From Escherichia phage vB_EcoM_Alf5, in sequence record KX377933: a DNA stretch of 64,000 nucleotides; one strand, given 5' to 3'. Below are positions 53,960-63,814 of this stretch, piece by piece. The notes under the pieces are model-generated. The model was not told the DNA's origin. It made no database searches and was given only the letters and a program-made list of their open reading frames with translations. The first letter of the stretch is position 1. Every line of letters begins with the position of its first letter. A program made the translations under genes and the position numbers.

Positions 53960-55156
53960 ATGAACAAAGTACAGATTATTAAAAAGAACGGCTCACTCGA
54001 AGAACCAGATATCAAAAAAGTTTTAGCAGCAGTCACTAAGTCAGCTAATAGGGTTGGGTATAAAGAACTACCACCAGATGTTACCCAAGCTCTTGAGTCA
54101 GCATTTATGAGGATTCTGGTAAAATCCACTAAGCAGAATAATTTACTCATTTCAGTAAATGATATTCACAGTATTGTTGAGGGTGCTTTGGCAGAAGTCA
54201 ATCACGAGATTTATGAGTCTTACTCAACATATAGAAATTACCGTAAAGAAGTTGCTCAAAATTGGGATGAACTCTACCAGAAGACCAAAGATACACTCTT
54301 CTTAGGCGACAGAGAGAATGCTAACTTTGACAGCAGTTTAATTTCTACAAAAGGCTCAATTATTCGTGGTTACCTGACTAAAGAAATCTTTAAACAGTAC
54401 CATTTAACACCAGAGGAACTTGAAGCCATTGAAAAAGGGTTTATCTATATCCATGATTTAAGAGACCTAATTTTTGGTGGTATCAACTGTTGCCTGTTTG
54501 ACATTGGTAAAGTGCTGAAAGGTGGCTTTGAAATGTCTGGCATTGAATACTGTGAACCGAAGTCTGTGCTGTCAGCCTTACAGGTTATTGGTGATGTAGT
54601 TCTTTCAGCAACTGCACAGCAATTTGGTGGCTTTACTTTAGCAGAGATTGATAAGGTACTTGTACCGTATGCTAAGAAGTCTTTAGTGTACCACTCAGAG
54701 AAAGCTGAAGAGTACGGAATCCCTAAAGAGCAACACTATAATTACGTAATGGAGCAATTACAGAATGAGTTAACACAAGGTTTCCAATCTCTTGAAATGA
54801 AACTTAACACTGTTCCTTGCAGTCGCGGTGATTTTGCATTTACTACTCTGACATTTGGTCTGTTGGAACCAGATATGCACAATGAAGATAACCGTCTTCA
54901 GTTTATGATTGCCAATACAATCCTTAACGTAAGGATGAACGGGCAAGGAAAAAGCAAAAAACCTGTTGTGTTCCCTAAACTTGTGTATATCTATGAAGAA
55001 ACGAGACATAAGCTTGATGTATGCCAAGCAAGGTTGTTTGAAAAAGCTATTGAGTGTTGCTCTAAAGCTATGTATCCAGATTTCTTAAGTGTAACTGGAC
55101 ATGGTGCTGTAGCAGAGGCTTTTGAGCGTTCTGGTAAGGTAATTTCCCCGATGGGT
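53960..55156 (+). CDS. nrdD: anaerobic ribonucleotide reductase, exon 1
   Basis: 399 codons ending ...GKVISPMG, then TAA at 55157-55159; continues in frame at 55899. Confidence 0.75.
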
Positions 55157-55898
55157 TAACAAGCTCTATAGCTCATCTAAAACGTGCCTAAACAGGGAAA
55201 CTCTACAGATGTAGACAATCCTGTGCTAAATGATGTACGATGTAAGAAACTATACAACATAGGAGTCTTACATGCCAAACTATCACGTCACTGAAGATGG
55301 AAAAGTCTTTAGGGAAAATGGTGTAGAGCTTACGCAGTGGAAATCCAACACTGGGTATATGAAAGTGAGGTTTTACGGTAAGAAGAATCGTGACATGTAT
55401 GTCCACAGGTTAGTTGCTGAGAAATATGTACCTAACCCGAACAATCTTCCAATTGTAAAACATAAGGACGATAACAAACTAAATAACCACGTATCTAACT
55501 TAGAATGGGGTACTCATTCTGATAATGCTAAAGAAGGTTATGAGAATGGATGTTACAAGTTCCACAAGCGTTCATATGCCGTGAAAGCCACACACAAAGT
55601 GACAAAGGAAGTTATTGTTACTAAGTCAATACGAGAGTTATCCAATATACTTGGATACAATCGCAAGACCATCTCTTCAATATTGAAGGGTGTAAAAGAG
55701 CATAATAACTTCGAATATGAGTTTGAATACATCTAAATGCCGAACGACTAACCGTGATGAATGTAGCGGTGTAGGGTCAAGCGACTCGAAATGGTACGCT
55801 ACTTAGAAATAAGTAGAAGATATAGTCTGGACTTACTGGCGACAGTAAGCAGCTTGAATAAAGCGGGGTAAGCTTAGCGAACTTACCTGAACAATAAG
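55157..55898 (+). mobile_element. self-splicing intron (group I inferred) interrupting nrdD, carrying a homing endonuclease ORF
   Basis: 742 nt between exon 1 ending in U (55156) and exon 2; last intron nucleotide is G (55898); boundaries inferred from reading-frame continuity. Confidence 0.6.
55272..55736 (+). CDS. HNH homing endonuclease (intron-encoded)
   Basis: AGGAG before ATG 55272; HNH motif VKHKDDNKLNNHVSNLEWGTHSDN; lies wholly inside the nrdD intervening sequence. Confidence 0.75.
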   Translation: MPNYHVTEDGKVFRENGVELTQWKSNTGYMKVRFYGKKNRDMYVHRLVAEKYVPNPNNLPIVKHKDDNKLNNHVSNLEWGTHSDNAKEGYENGCYKFHKRSYAVKATHKVTKEVIVTKSIRELSNILGYNRKTISSILKGVKEHNNFEYEFEYI

Positions 55899-56846
55899 TG
55901 TAGAGCATTTTTATCACCATACCATAACGAATATGGTGAAGAGTTTTATGTAGGTCGTGCTAACATTGGTGCTGTATCTTTGAACTTACCAATGATTTAC
56001 CAGTATTCTAAAGAGAATGGATTAGATTTCTGGAAAGAGCTTGATAAGTACCTAGAAATGATTCGCAGCTTCCACAAGAAACGTTATGAAATGATTGCTA
56101 ATATGCCAGCAAGTTCTAACCCTCTTGCATTCACACAAGGTGGTCTGTACAAAGGGAATAAGAAACCTACTGACAGGGTTGGTTGGGATATCGTGAAGTC
56201 CTTCACAGCTTCTTTTGGGGTTACTGCGCTTGATGAGCTATCTGTTCTTGCTGAAGGTAAACGACTTCATGAAGTTGGAAGCTGTAGTTTTGCATACGAT
56301 GTTCTGGAATACATCAACATGAAAACTGAAGAGTTTAAAAATGAAGATGGCTTCTTATATGCAGTCTATGGTACTCCAGCAGAATCACTTTGTGGAACTC
56401 AGCTAAAACAGTTCAGAGATATGTTTGGCGTTATCAAAGGTGTTTCTGATAAGGAATACTTTACAAACAGCTTCCATATGAATGTTGCAGCAGACATTAC
56501 ACCATTTGAGAAGCAGGACTTAGAAGAACCCTTCTTCCATATCTGTAGAGGCGGTAGAATCCAGTATGTAAGAGTAGCTAACCCAGAAAACTTATCAGCA
56601 CTTAAGAGTTGTATTACGAGAGGTATGTTGAAAGGTTTCTATCAGGGACTTAACTTTGACTTAGCAATCTGTGAACATTGTGGTAACAGACCAAAGGCTG
56701 ATGTTGAAGAATGTGAGGTTTGTCATTCACACGATATCTCTGTGATTAACAGGGTGTGCGGATATCTGGGATGGACTAAGATTAAAGGTGAATCCCGAAT
56801 GAATGATGCAAAAATCGCTGAGATTCGTGACAGAATTTCTATGTAA
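55899..56846 (+). CDS. nrdD: anaerobic ribonucleotide reductase, exon 2
   Basis: In-frame continuation CRAFLSPYHNEYG...; C-terminal zinc ribbon CEHCGN...CEVCHSHD and glycyl-radical motif RVCGYLG; joined product ~714 aa. Confidence 0.7.
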   Translation, partial: CRAFLSPYHNEYGEEFYVGRANIGAVSLNLPMIYQYSKENGLDFWKELDKYLEMIRSFHKKRYEMIANMPASSNPLAFTQGGLYKGNKKPTDRVGWDIVKSFTASFGVTALDELSVLAEGKRLHEVGSCSFAYDVLEYINMKTEEFKNEDGFLYAVYGTPAESLCGTQLKQFRDMFGVIKGVSDKEYFTNSFHMNVAADITPFEKQDLEEPFFHICRGGRIQYVRVANPENLSALKSCITRGMLKGFYQGLNFDLAICEHCGNRPKADVEECEVCHSHDISVINRVCGYLGWTKIKGESRMNDAKIAEIRDRISM

Positions 56847-56908
56847 AACTTGACAAGGTGATGTGGGTCTTGATAGGCTTGCATCACCTTTTTATTTGGA
56901 GTTACATT

Positions 56909-57244
56909 ATGGACTTGTGGCTTTATGTAGCAGTTTGTGGGATTGTATGTCTGATAATCTTATTTATTCTTGGAGTAATGCGATTTAGAGATATTATACA
57001 GTCAGATTTTTTGCCTGAGTTTGCCATGATGGTTGGAGTTATTGCACTTTGTGTCTTGGCGGTGTTCTATTCATACAAAACTGTGATACGGATGAAGGCA
57101 AACAATTGTGTAAAAACTCATCAACATCGTGAGGTTACTTATTTTGTGAGTGTACTTAGTGGGAACACCACTGTACTTGTCCCACAAACTTCTGTAGAGT
57201 ATCTTTACACATGTGATAATGGTAAAACTATATGGTGGAATTAA
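56909..57244 (+). CDS. small membrane protein
   Basis: Two hydrophobic helices; ATG 56909 after TTGGAG (ORF-track start 56858 is GTG). Confidence 0.35.
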   Translation: MDLWLYVAVCGIVCLIILFILGVMRFRDIIQSDFLPEFAMMVGVIALCVLAVFYSYKTVIRMKANNCVKTHQHREVTYFVSVLSGNTTVLVPQTSVEYLYTCDNGKTIWWN

Positions 57245-57447
57245 CAATGACAACAATCTTAAATGTATTGACACCCATACTACACATAGTAATCTTCTTC
57301 TTTGGTGTTAGTGTTATGGTATGGGGTTTTTCAGACCCACAATGGAATTTCTCATATCATGGTAAGATGGATTTATGGTCATGCTTCAAACCATTTTTAG
57401 GGTTAGCTATAGCATTCAGTGCATTACCAACTAAGGTGAAATTATGA
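57232..57447 (+). CDS. small membrane protein
   Basis: 71 aa, hydrophobic. Confidence 0.35.
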   Translation: MVELTMTTILNVLTPILHIVIFFFGVSVMVWGFSDPQWNFSYHGKMDLWSCFKPFLGLAIAFSALPTKVKL

Positions 57448-57839
57448 TTAAGTTAAACCAAAAACAGTTAGAGTGGATTAAAGATTACGCCTCAGAGTGT
57501 GGCTCTTGCGAAAAGAATCACGTAAGATACTCAACATTCCACACGGTCTTCACATTGTACATCAGCGACAACGTTCTAAGTGATTCTGTAGAAGATGGTG
57601 TAGCATTACCTAATGAATTACTTGATAAACTGGCTGTAGTCTCTGGAACTTGGTCTGAAGAGGATGGTCATGAACTATCTAACGATATTGTCTTCTACAG
57701 TCTTGAAAACATTATGAATCCAGAGTACATTATGCTAATGACTTGCGCACAAGATTGTGTACCATTACAAAACTTCATTAAAGAGCACTGTGAAGAATTT
57801 ATTACTAAACAGGTTCCTTGTCAGGTGGTATTTGAATGA
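57444..57839 (+). CDS. hypothetical protein
   Basis: 131 aa ORF with 4-nt overlaps to neighbours. Confidence 0.4.
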   Translation: MIKLNQKQLEWIKDYASECGSCEKNHVRYSTFHTVFTLYISDNVLSDSVEDGVALPNELLDKLAVVSGTWSEEDGHELSNDIVFYSLENIMNPEYIMLMTCAQDCVPLQNFIKEHCEEFITKQVPCQVVFE

Positions 57840-58135
57840 GTAAAACAATTCGAAGAAAAGGTTTAAAGAACGTTCATGGACTTTATGAGTGGAGAAATGA
57901 GGTACGTAACAGAGAAAATGCTTCAGAGGTCTACTACCACTCTGATATGATGTCTAGAAAGGGTGGCTCTTACGACTTCACAAGCCAGCCTTGTAGAGAA
58001 ATTAAGAGGGCTACTAAACGTCTTACAAGAACACAAATAAGGCAGCTTTCTAAGACATCCTTCTTAGATGAAGACTTTGACATTGATAGTAAGTCTCCAA
58101 AGAAAGCTGCTAAGAACACTTATATGTATTGGTGA
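57836..58135 (+). CDS. hypothetical protein
   Basis: 99 aa ORF. Confidence 0.4.
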   Translation: MSKTIRRKGLKNVHGLYEWRNEVRNRENASEVYYHSDMMSRKGGSYDFTSQPCREIKRATKRLTRTQIRQLSKTSFLDEDFDIDSKSPKKAAKNTYMYW

Positions 58136-58144
58136 GGTGACTAG

Positions 58145-58630
58145 ATGAATTACATGGAGATTAGACCATTTGACACAGCTAATGGTGAAGGGGTTCGTGT
58201 AAGCCTCTTCGTAGCTGGCTGTAAACATCACTGTGAAGGCTGTTTTAACAGGGAGTCTTGGAAGTTTAATGCTGGTAAAGTGTTCACTTATGCAAACCTA
58301 TACGGAATCATCCAGTTAATGGGTGACGATGCTGTCAGTGGGCTGTCAATACTTGGTGGAGAACCTCTGGATGATAGAAATATTCAAGAGGTTACCGACA
58401 TATGCAAACGTGTTAAAACTGTTTACCCAGAGAAGACTATATGGCTCTGGACAGGTTTTCAACTACACGAAAAAATTCACCTAGATGTGATGAAATATGT
58501 TGACGTGGTGATTGATGGTAAGTATGATTCATCTAAACCAACAGTTAAGCCATATCGTGGTTCTGATAACCAAAACCTATGGAGAAAAGAGTATGGGTGG
58601 CAAGGTGATTGTCAGTGGAGAGCCGAGTAA
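58145..58630 (+). CDS. nrdG: anaerobic ribonucleotide reductase activating protein (radical SAM)
   Basis: 161 aa with Cys cluster CKHHCEGC near the N-terminus; ~1.3 kb downstream of nrdD. Confidence 0.7.
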   Translation: MNYMEIRPFDTANGEGVRVSLFVAGCKHHCEGCFNRESWKFNAGKVFTYANLYGIIQLMGDDAVSGLSILGGEPLDDRNIQEVTDICKRVKTVYPEKTIWLWTGFQLHEKIHLDVMKYVDVVIDGKYDSSKPTVKPYRGSDNQNLWRKEYGWQGDCQWRAE

Positions 58631-58666
58631 GTCTCGTCGTAAAGTGGGTTACGGAAAAGGTGAAAT

Positions 58667-58970
58667 AATGGTTCTTTCTTTTAACAGTGCTTTATTAGGT
58701 ACTTACAAAGTTAAGACCGAACTCCTTGATGAATGGAGAAAGTATACAAACTCACTTTTCGGTAATGTTGGAATGGAAGCCTTAGCAGAGATTGAGAAGG
58801 CTGGAACATTTGAAGTTGTCGGTAAAGGTCACTACACAATGTTCTACAAAACAAATTTAAACGTCGGAGACAGTATTGTTGGTGTCACTGAAGAAGAACT
58901 TAAAACATTTTGTGAAAAGATTGAGAGAGATACGAAATGGGAATCTGGAATAGTTTTAAATCAAAAGTAA
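58667..58970 (+). CDS. hypothetical protein
   Basis: ATG 58667 after AAAGGTGA; ORF-track start 58512 overlaps nrdG. Confidence 0.35.
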
Positions 58971-59194
58971 AAGCAGCACTAGCTTCATTAGGTATGCTCA
59001 CTGGAGTTGATGTGACTCATCTTATGCAGAACTTCAAGATGGATGAGAAGCTGGCTAATGAGATTATGAAAAGTATCTATGTAGGCCGTGGCAAAGGTGG
59101 TAAGAAACAAGCCCATCGTCCGTCTGGTGCAGCAGCTATTAAACGAGCAGCTAAGAAAGCTCGTAACCGTAAACGTAATAATAAGGCTAAATAA
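58937..59194 (+). CDS. hypothetical basic protein
   Basis: 85 aa with Lys/Arg-rich C-terminus. Confidence 0.35.
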   Translation: MGIWNSFKSKVKAALASLGMLTGVDVTHLMQNFKMDEKLANEIMKSIYVGRGKGGKKQAHRPSGAAAIKRAAKKARNRKRNNKAK

Positions 59195-59196
59195 TC

Positions 59197-59517
59197 ATGA
59201 GCAAAATCTATAACACTCGCAAATTACAGATTTTCGTACTGTGTCAGTTTATGGCTAAAGAATACAACTTCTACTATTGTGGTACAGGTTTTATTAGCGA
59301 TGATGATGGCTCATACCTACCATTTAAAGAAGCTGTGAAGCTCTTTAATGAAGAGAAAAACTCTAAGAAAGATATCGAAAAGGTCAAGCTAACCTATAGC
59401 AAGAAAGATAAGAAGATTATCTGCCTAGATAACTTTGTAAAAGTTACTGGAGAAGCAAAAGAGTTTATGGATGAGAGTGAGATTTCATTCACAAGCATCT
59501 TGAAAGTAGTTCAGTAA
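59197..59517 (+). CDS. hypothetical protein
   Basis: 106 aa ORF followed by terminator. Confidence 0.4.
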   Translation: MSKIYNTRKLQIFVLCQFMAKEYNFYYCGTGFISDDDGSYLPFKEAVKLFNEEKNSKKDIEKVKLTYSKKDKKIICLDNFVKVTGEAKEFMDESEISFTSILKVVQ

Positions 59518-59529
59518 ACAGATACTATA

Positions 59530-59558
59530 AGGGAACTGTAAAGGTTCCCTTTTTATTT
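59530..59558 (+). terminator. intrinsic terminator
   Basis: GGGAAC-TGTAAAG-GTTCCC followed by TTTTTATTTT. Confidence 0.65.
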
Positions 59559-59568
59559 TGGAGATGAT

Positions 59569-60084
59569 ATGTATCTGTCAAAACTGAAACGTTCGGCTGC
59601 AATGTCAGTTCTAAGACTCAGCTTTGAGGAACGTCAAGAGTTCATTGACTCCCACCAATACGACCCTTCTAACTCGAATCACATGGTTCTTTGGAATCGT
59701 GATAACTTCCGTGAAAGAGCACTTGTCCGTTATTACCCACACTACACAATAGATAACCTGTATGAATGGTGTGTTGTGAAGAACACTATTGCAACACTGA
59801 ACAATCTTTGCAGGTATACAGGTAAGCAAACATTTACATTAGGCCACCACAAACCCGTTACAAAGGGTGGTGAGCATCACTGTGCAAACTGGTTTATCCA
59901 GACTAAACTTGATAACCAGAAGCAAGGAGATAACCTTCTAAGCACACCTAAGATGACCTATGAAGAGCAAGAGAAATATATCAAAAATAATATGCCAGAT
60001 GTGCTTGACAACAACTATACAGATTTGGCAATATCTCTCCTGTTGAAGTTCGAGACAGTTTATAGGGCAACTTATAATGGCTAA
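59569..60084 (+). CDS. HNH-like nuclease (putative)
   Basis: Motif TLGHHKPVTKGGEHHCANWFIQTKLDNQKQGDN. Confidence 0.45.
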   Translation: MYLSKLKRSAAMSVLRLSFEERQEFIDSHQYDPSNSNHMVLWNRDNFRERALVRYYPHYTIDNLYEWCVVKNTIATLNNLCRYTGKQTFTLGHHKPVTKGGEHHCANWFIQTKLDNQKQGDNLLSTPKMTYEEQEKYIKNNMPDVLDNNYTDLAISLLLKFETVYRATYNG

Positions 60085-60355
60085 AGAAAAGTGGGAGATT
60101 TTACCATTAGTCAGTGAAGGAGGTAATGGTTGTGAGATGTACATGATACGTGGTCATGTTCCAGAACCAATTGCACTTGAGATGGTAAACAACTTTACAG
60201 ATGGTTCTTACAAAGACTTAGGAGAGCCAACTATAAAGCAGCAATGGGTAAAGCCTGTACCAGACAGCACAGGTAACTGTAGTGTACTTTACCACGTTGT
60301 AGACCCTGTAAAATGCAAATCTGCAATGGCAGTAACAAACGTAACTTTTGATTGA
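60077..60355 (+). CDS. hypothetical protein
   Basis: 92 aa ORF. Confidence 0.35.
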   Translation: MAKEKWEILPLVSEGGNGCEMYMIRGHVPEPIALEMVNNFTDGSYKDLGEPTIKQQWVKPVPDSTGNCSVLYHVVDPVKCKSAMAVTNVTFD

Positions 60356-60366
60356 GAGAGAAAACT

Positions 60367-61248
60367 ATGAAAACATCTATCCGTGTCACAATTCATTCAC
60401 CGACTAAAGGAACTCATGAAGAAGAGTTTAACATCATCCAATTCCCTTCTGGTGAGATTGGTGGCCACTTTTCACAAGAGCTTGTTGATTTTACTGCTTA
60501 TGCAGCATCATCTATTAACAATGTGGTTATGATTGTAAAGGGTTATGACAAAGACACACTGTTTGCTGTGGCACTGGCTAAAGAAGCAATTGACGATTTA
60601 GTTCCTCATGATTATGCCCTGAAGACTGTCATTTTTTACTACTTGCCAAATGCACGATACGACCGTCACATGTTTAAAGGCGACGCAGCAGCTTTAAAGG
60701 TTTTTGCTAAACAGGTAAATGCAATGGGATTTGGTGCAGTCTGTGCAGTTGACCCTCACAGTTATGTACCAGATAACCTGTTTAACTGCTTCCAAAGTAT
60801 TCCTCAAAAGGAGATTGCAGTCCACTATGCAAATGACCCTCTAATTGATTACTTAGTAGCCCCAGATGCAGGTGCTTCTAAGAAGATTGCAGAGACTGCT
60901 AAAGAGGCGGATAAACCATATATCACAATGTCTAAGGTGCGAAATCTTAAGACTGGAGAAATCACTGGTATGCGAATCCTTGACGATGTTGATTTGACCG
61001 ATAAAACCGTCATGATTCTTGATGATATCTGTGATGGTGGTCGAACCTTCGTAGAGGCAGCTAAACACCTACGTGAAGCAGGTGCAAAACGTGTTGAGCT
61101 TTATGTAACACATGGTATCTTCTCTAAAGGTGTTGAAAACCTTCTTGACAACGGTATCGACCATATTTACACTACAAACTCTTTAGGCGAAGCTAAAGAC
61201 CGTGGCTTAACACATTATGGTCAAGTTACTGTAGCAAACCTTGATTGA
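60367..61248 (+). CDS. PRPP-synthetase-family phosphoribosyl pyrophosphokinase (candidate ADP-ribose pyrophosphokinase)
   Basis: PRTase-type motif VMILDDICDGGRTF and Prs-like VELYVTHGIFSKG; ATG 60367 (ORF-track 60352 is TTG). Confidence 0.7.
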   Translation: MKTSIRVTIHSPTKGTHEEEFNIIQFPSGEIGGHFSQELVDFTAYAASSINNVVMIVKGYDKDTLFAVALAKEAIDDLVPHDYALKTVIFYYLPNARYDRHMFKGDAAALKVFAKQVNAMGFGAVCAVDPHSYVPDNLFNCFQSIPQKEIAVHYANDPLIDYLVAPDAGASKKIAETAKEADKPYITMSKVRNLKTGEITGMRILDDVDLTDKTVMILDDICDGGRTFVEAAKHLREAGAKRVELYVTHGIFSKGVENLLDNGIDHIYTTNSLGEAKDRGLTHYGQVTVANLD

Positions 61249-61257
61249 AAGTTTATA

Positions 61258-61278
61258 GGGGCTTGAAAGCCCCATTTT
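61258..61278 (+). terminator. intrinsic terminator
   Basis: GGGGCT-TGAA-AGCCCC followed by ATTTT; between the two cassette genes. Confidence 0.5.
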
Positions 61279-61293
61279 GAGAGAGATTAAAAG

Positions 61294-63075
61294 ATGACTA
61301 AATCACTTTATGCAGTACCAGCAGGTTTAAACGCAGATGCTTACAAATCTGGTCATGTTTACCAGTACCCTAGTGCAACAGAATATTTGATGTTCAACCT
61401 GACACCACGTAGCGACAAATGGTTTAACAGTCCATTAGCAATTGATGGTGTAGTCGCTTTTGGTATTCAACGTTTTGTTAAAGATTACTTGATAGACCAC
61501 TGGAATGCTACGTTCTTTGAACGTGACAAAAAAGAAGCAATTGACGAAATCTTAGAAGTCATGAATGGTGTTCTGGGCAAAGATGCTATCGGTCGAGAGC
61601 ATTGGGAAGCACTTCACGACTTAGGTTATCTGCCAGTTGAAGTATACGCTGTAGAAGAAGGCACAGTTGTCCCTATGCGTGTCCCAATGGTTGTCTTCCA
61701 GAACACTGTTTCAGGTTTCCATTGGGTAGCAGGGTATCTGGAAGATGCTTTCTCTGCTGAGATTTGGAAGGCTTGTACCATCGCAACTATTGCATTGCAC
61801 TACAAACGTATCTGTAAGAAGTGGGCTGACATTACTTGTGACAATGACTTACATTTACCTTATCAGTGCCATGACTTTGCTATGCGTGGTATGTCCGGCT
61901 TTACTGATGACGCATTTAATGCTGTAGGCCACTTGACCAGCTTTAAAGGAACTGATAGCTTCCCTGCTGTATATACAGCTAAACGCATCTACGGGCAGTC
62001 TTACCCAATCTCTGATATTGGTAGCTCTGTACCAGCCACTGAACACTCTGTAATGTGTGCAAACATTGCTTGGGAAGGTGGTAATGAGTTGATTGAAGAA
62101 GAAAGACGCTTTAAAGGTGAGTTACAAACCTTCCGTCGCTTCTTAACAGAAACTTACCCAACTGGTATTGCAAGTATTGTTTCAGATACTTATAACTTCT
62201 GGAGAACTGTGTCAGAAATCTTACCAGCACTTCGTAAAGAAATTATGGAACGTGATGGTAAGCTGGTAATTCGCCCTGACTCTGGAGACCCTGTACATAT
62301 TGTCACGGGTTATAAAGCAATCCACTTAGAGTGTGCTAAGAAGGCTTATTATGAGCACCTAAGCAAGCTGGAAGCCAGTGACACAATGTTGAATGCTGTT
62401 CTGAACATGAAGCTTGAAAACATCAGCTACGGTATTGCTGGATGGCTACTGTCAGAAGGCTACGAAATGGTTGTTGACAGAGAAGACTTTGAAGCTGCTG
62501 ATACGGTGATGTTGAAAGATGCTTATATGGTTGGTTCTGCAAACGTTGTAACACGTCCTGTAGCTGAAATTGATGGAGCTATTAAGACACTGTACAACAT
62601 CTTTGGTGGAACTATTAACTCTAAAGGGTTTAAGGTACTGGATGAGCACATCGGCCTTATCTATGGTGACTCCATCACGCTGGAACGTGCAAACGAAATC
62701 CTGAAGCGTCTGTATGAAATGGGTTTTGCAAGCTCTAACGTAGTGTTTGGTGTAGGCTCTTACACTTACCAGTACATGACTCGTGACACCTTTGCATTTG
62801 CTGTCAAAGCAACTCTTGCAAGCATTGGTGGTAAAGAGATTATGCTTGCAAAAGACCCTAAAACAGATAGTGGTGTTAAGAAATCTGCCTTTGGTGGTGT
62901 ATCACCTATGTGGGATGGTGAAAAGCTGAAAGCCGTAGATGGCTATGGAATACAGAGTTTTGCAGATGCACTTGAACACCCAGCTTGTGCTTTACGTTTA
63001 GTCTTTAGCAACTCTGAGCAGTTCGGCTACACAACTCTTGGTGATATTCGAAATAATATTGACAAGCAGCTTTAA
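61294..63075 (+). CDS. nicotinamide phosphoribosyltransferase family protein (candidate nicotinamide ADP-ribose transferase)
   Basis: 593 aa; HLTSFKGTDSFPA...SVPATEHSVM matches the NAMPT active-site region as recalled. Confidence 0.75.
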   Translation: MTKSLYAVPAGLNADAYKSGHVYQYPSATEYLMFNLTPRSDKWFNSPLAIDGVVAFGIQRFVKDYLIDHWNATFFERDKKEAIDEILEVMNGVLGKDAIGREHWEALHDLGYLPVEVYAVEEGTVVPMRVPMVVFQNTVSGFHWVAGYLEDAFSAEIWKACTIATIALHYKRICKKWADITCDNDLHLPYQCHDFAMRGMSGFTDDAFNAVGHLTSFKGTDSFPAVYTAKRIYGQSYPISDIGSSVPATEHSVMCANIAWEGGNELIEEERRFKGELQTFRRFLTETYPTGIASIVSDTYNFWRTVSEILPALRKEIMERDGKLVIRPDSGDPVHIVTGYKAIHLECAKKAYYEHLSKLEASDTMLNAVLNMKLENISYGIAGWLLSEGYEMVVDREDFEAADTVMLKDAYMVGSANVVTRPVAEIDGAIKTLYNIFGGTINSKGFKVLDEHIGLIYGDSITLERANEILKRLYEMGFASSNVVFGVGSYTYQYMTRDTFAFAVKATLASIGGKEIMLAKDPKTDSGVKKSAFGGVSPMWDGEKLKAVDGYGIQSFADALEHPACALRLVFSNSEQFGYTTLGDIRNNIDKQL

Positions 63076-63088
63076 AAGTATATGATAA

Positions 63089-63112
63089 GAGGCTCCTACG
63101 GGAGCCTTTTTA
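63089..63112 (+). terminator. intrinsic terminator
   Basis: GGCTCC-TACG-GGAGCC followed by TTTTT. Confidence 0.7.
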
Positions 63113-63125
63113 ATTTCTGGAGAAG

Positions 63126-63473
63126 ATGATGGATAGCCTTTCTATATGGTTTAACAAGAAACCTGTGCAACCAAAATACTTACAAGTTGCCTATACAGAC
63201 ATCCTTGAAGTTCTCGGTAAAGAAAAGTTTGAAAAGTTTTGTGAAGGTATCTACAATCACCACTGCCAATTTGCTACAAAAGAAGGTATGTTTGTCATAG
63301 AACAATTCTTTGGCAGAGACCCAGATGACTACGAAGAGATTAGCTTTGTAATGAAATACATGATAGAGTATATTGAAAATCGTGGATTCGAAGTTAATCC
63401 TGAATTTTATGAACATGAGGGTGTACCTTTAGCAAAAGGTTTCGATGGCATACTCGTTAACTGGACTTGGTGA
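63126..63473 (+). CDS. hypothetical protein
   Basis: 115 aa ORF. Confidence 0.4.
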   Translation: MMDSLSIWFNKKPVQPKYLQVAYTDILEVLGKEKFEKFCEGIYNHHCQFATKEGMFVIEQFFGRDPDDYEEISFVMKYMIEYIENRGFEVNPEFYEHEGVPLAKGFDGILVNWTW

Positions 63474-63814
63474 AAACTATGAAAATCAAAGAAATGAATA
63501 TCAACATTGTCTTAGAAGAACGTTGGGAGAATATTAAGAGACCTGAAGATGGTAAAAAGTTCCTTAACAAAATTTTAGTAGCAGCTAAAGAAGAACTGAC
63601 TGGCAAGATTGCAGCAGCAATCACAATAAAGGTTTGTGTAAAAGGTCTTCCAGACAATCACCAATTTGCGCTTGACGAGTTTAAAGAAAGCTTCTACAAT
63701 CCAAACAAACAGATGCTTGAAAGCAACTTTGCAGTGTCTACAAGTATCGTCCATGACAGAAGCTTTATCCTTTACAAGAATATGAGAGGTGAGTCATGCA
63801 AGCATATTGGATAG
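63467..63814 (+). CDS. hypothetical protein
   Basis: 115 aa ORF. Confidence 0.4.
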   Translation: MVKTMKIKEMNINIVLEERWENIKRPEDGKKFLNKILVAAKEELTGKIAAAITIKVCVKGLPDNHQFALDEFKESFYNPNKQMLESNFAVSTSIVHDRSFILYKNMRGESCKHIG

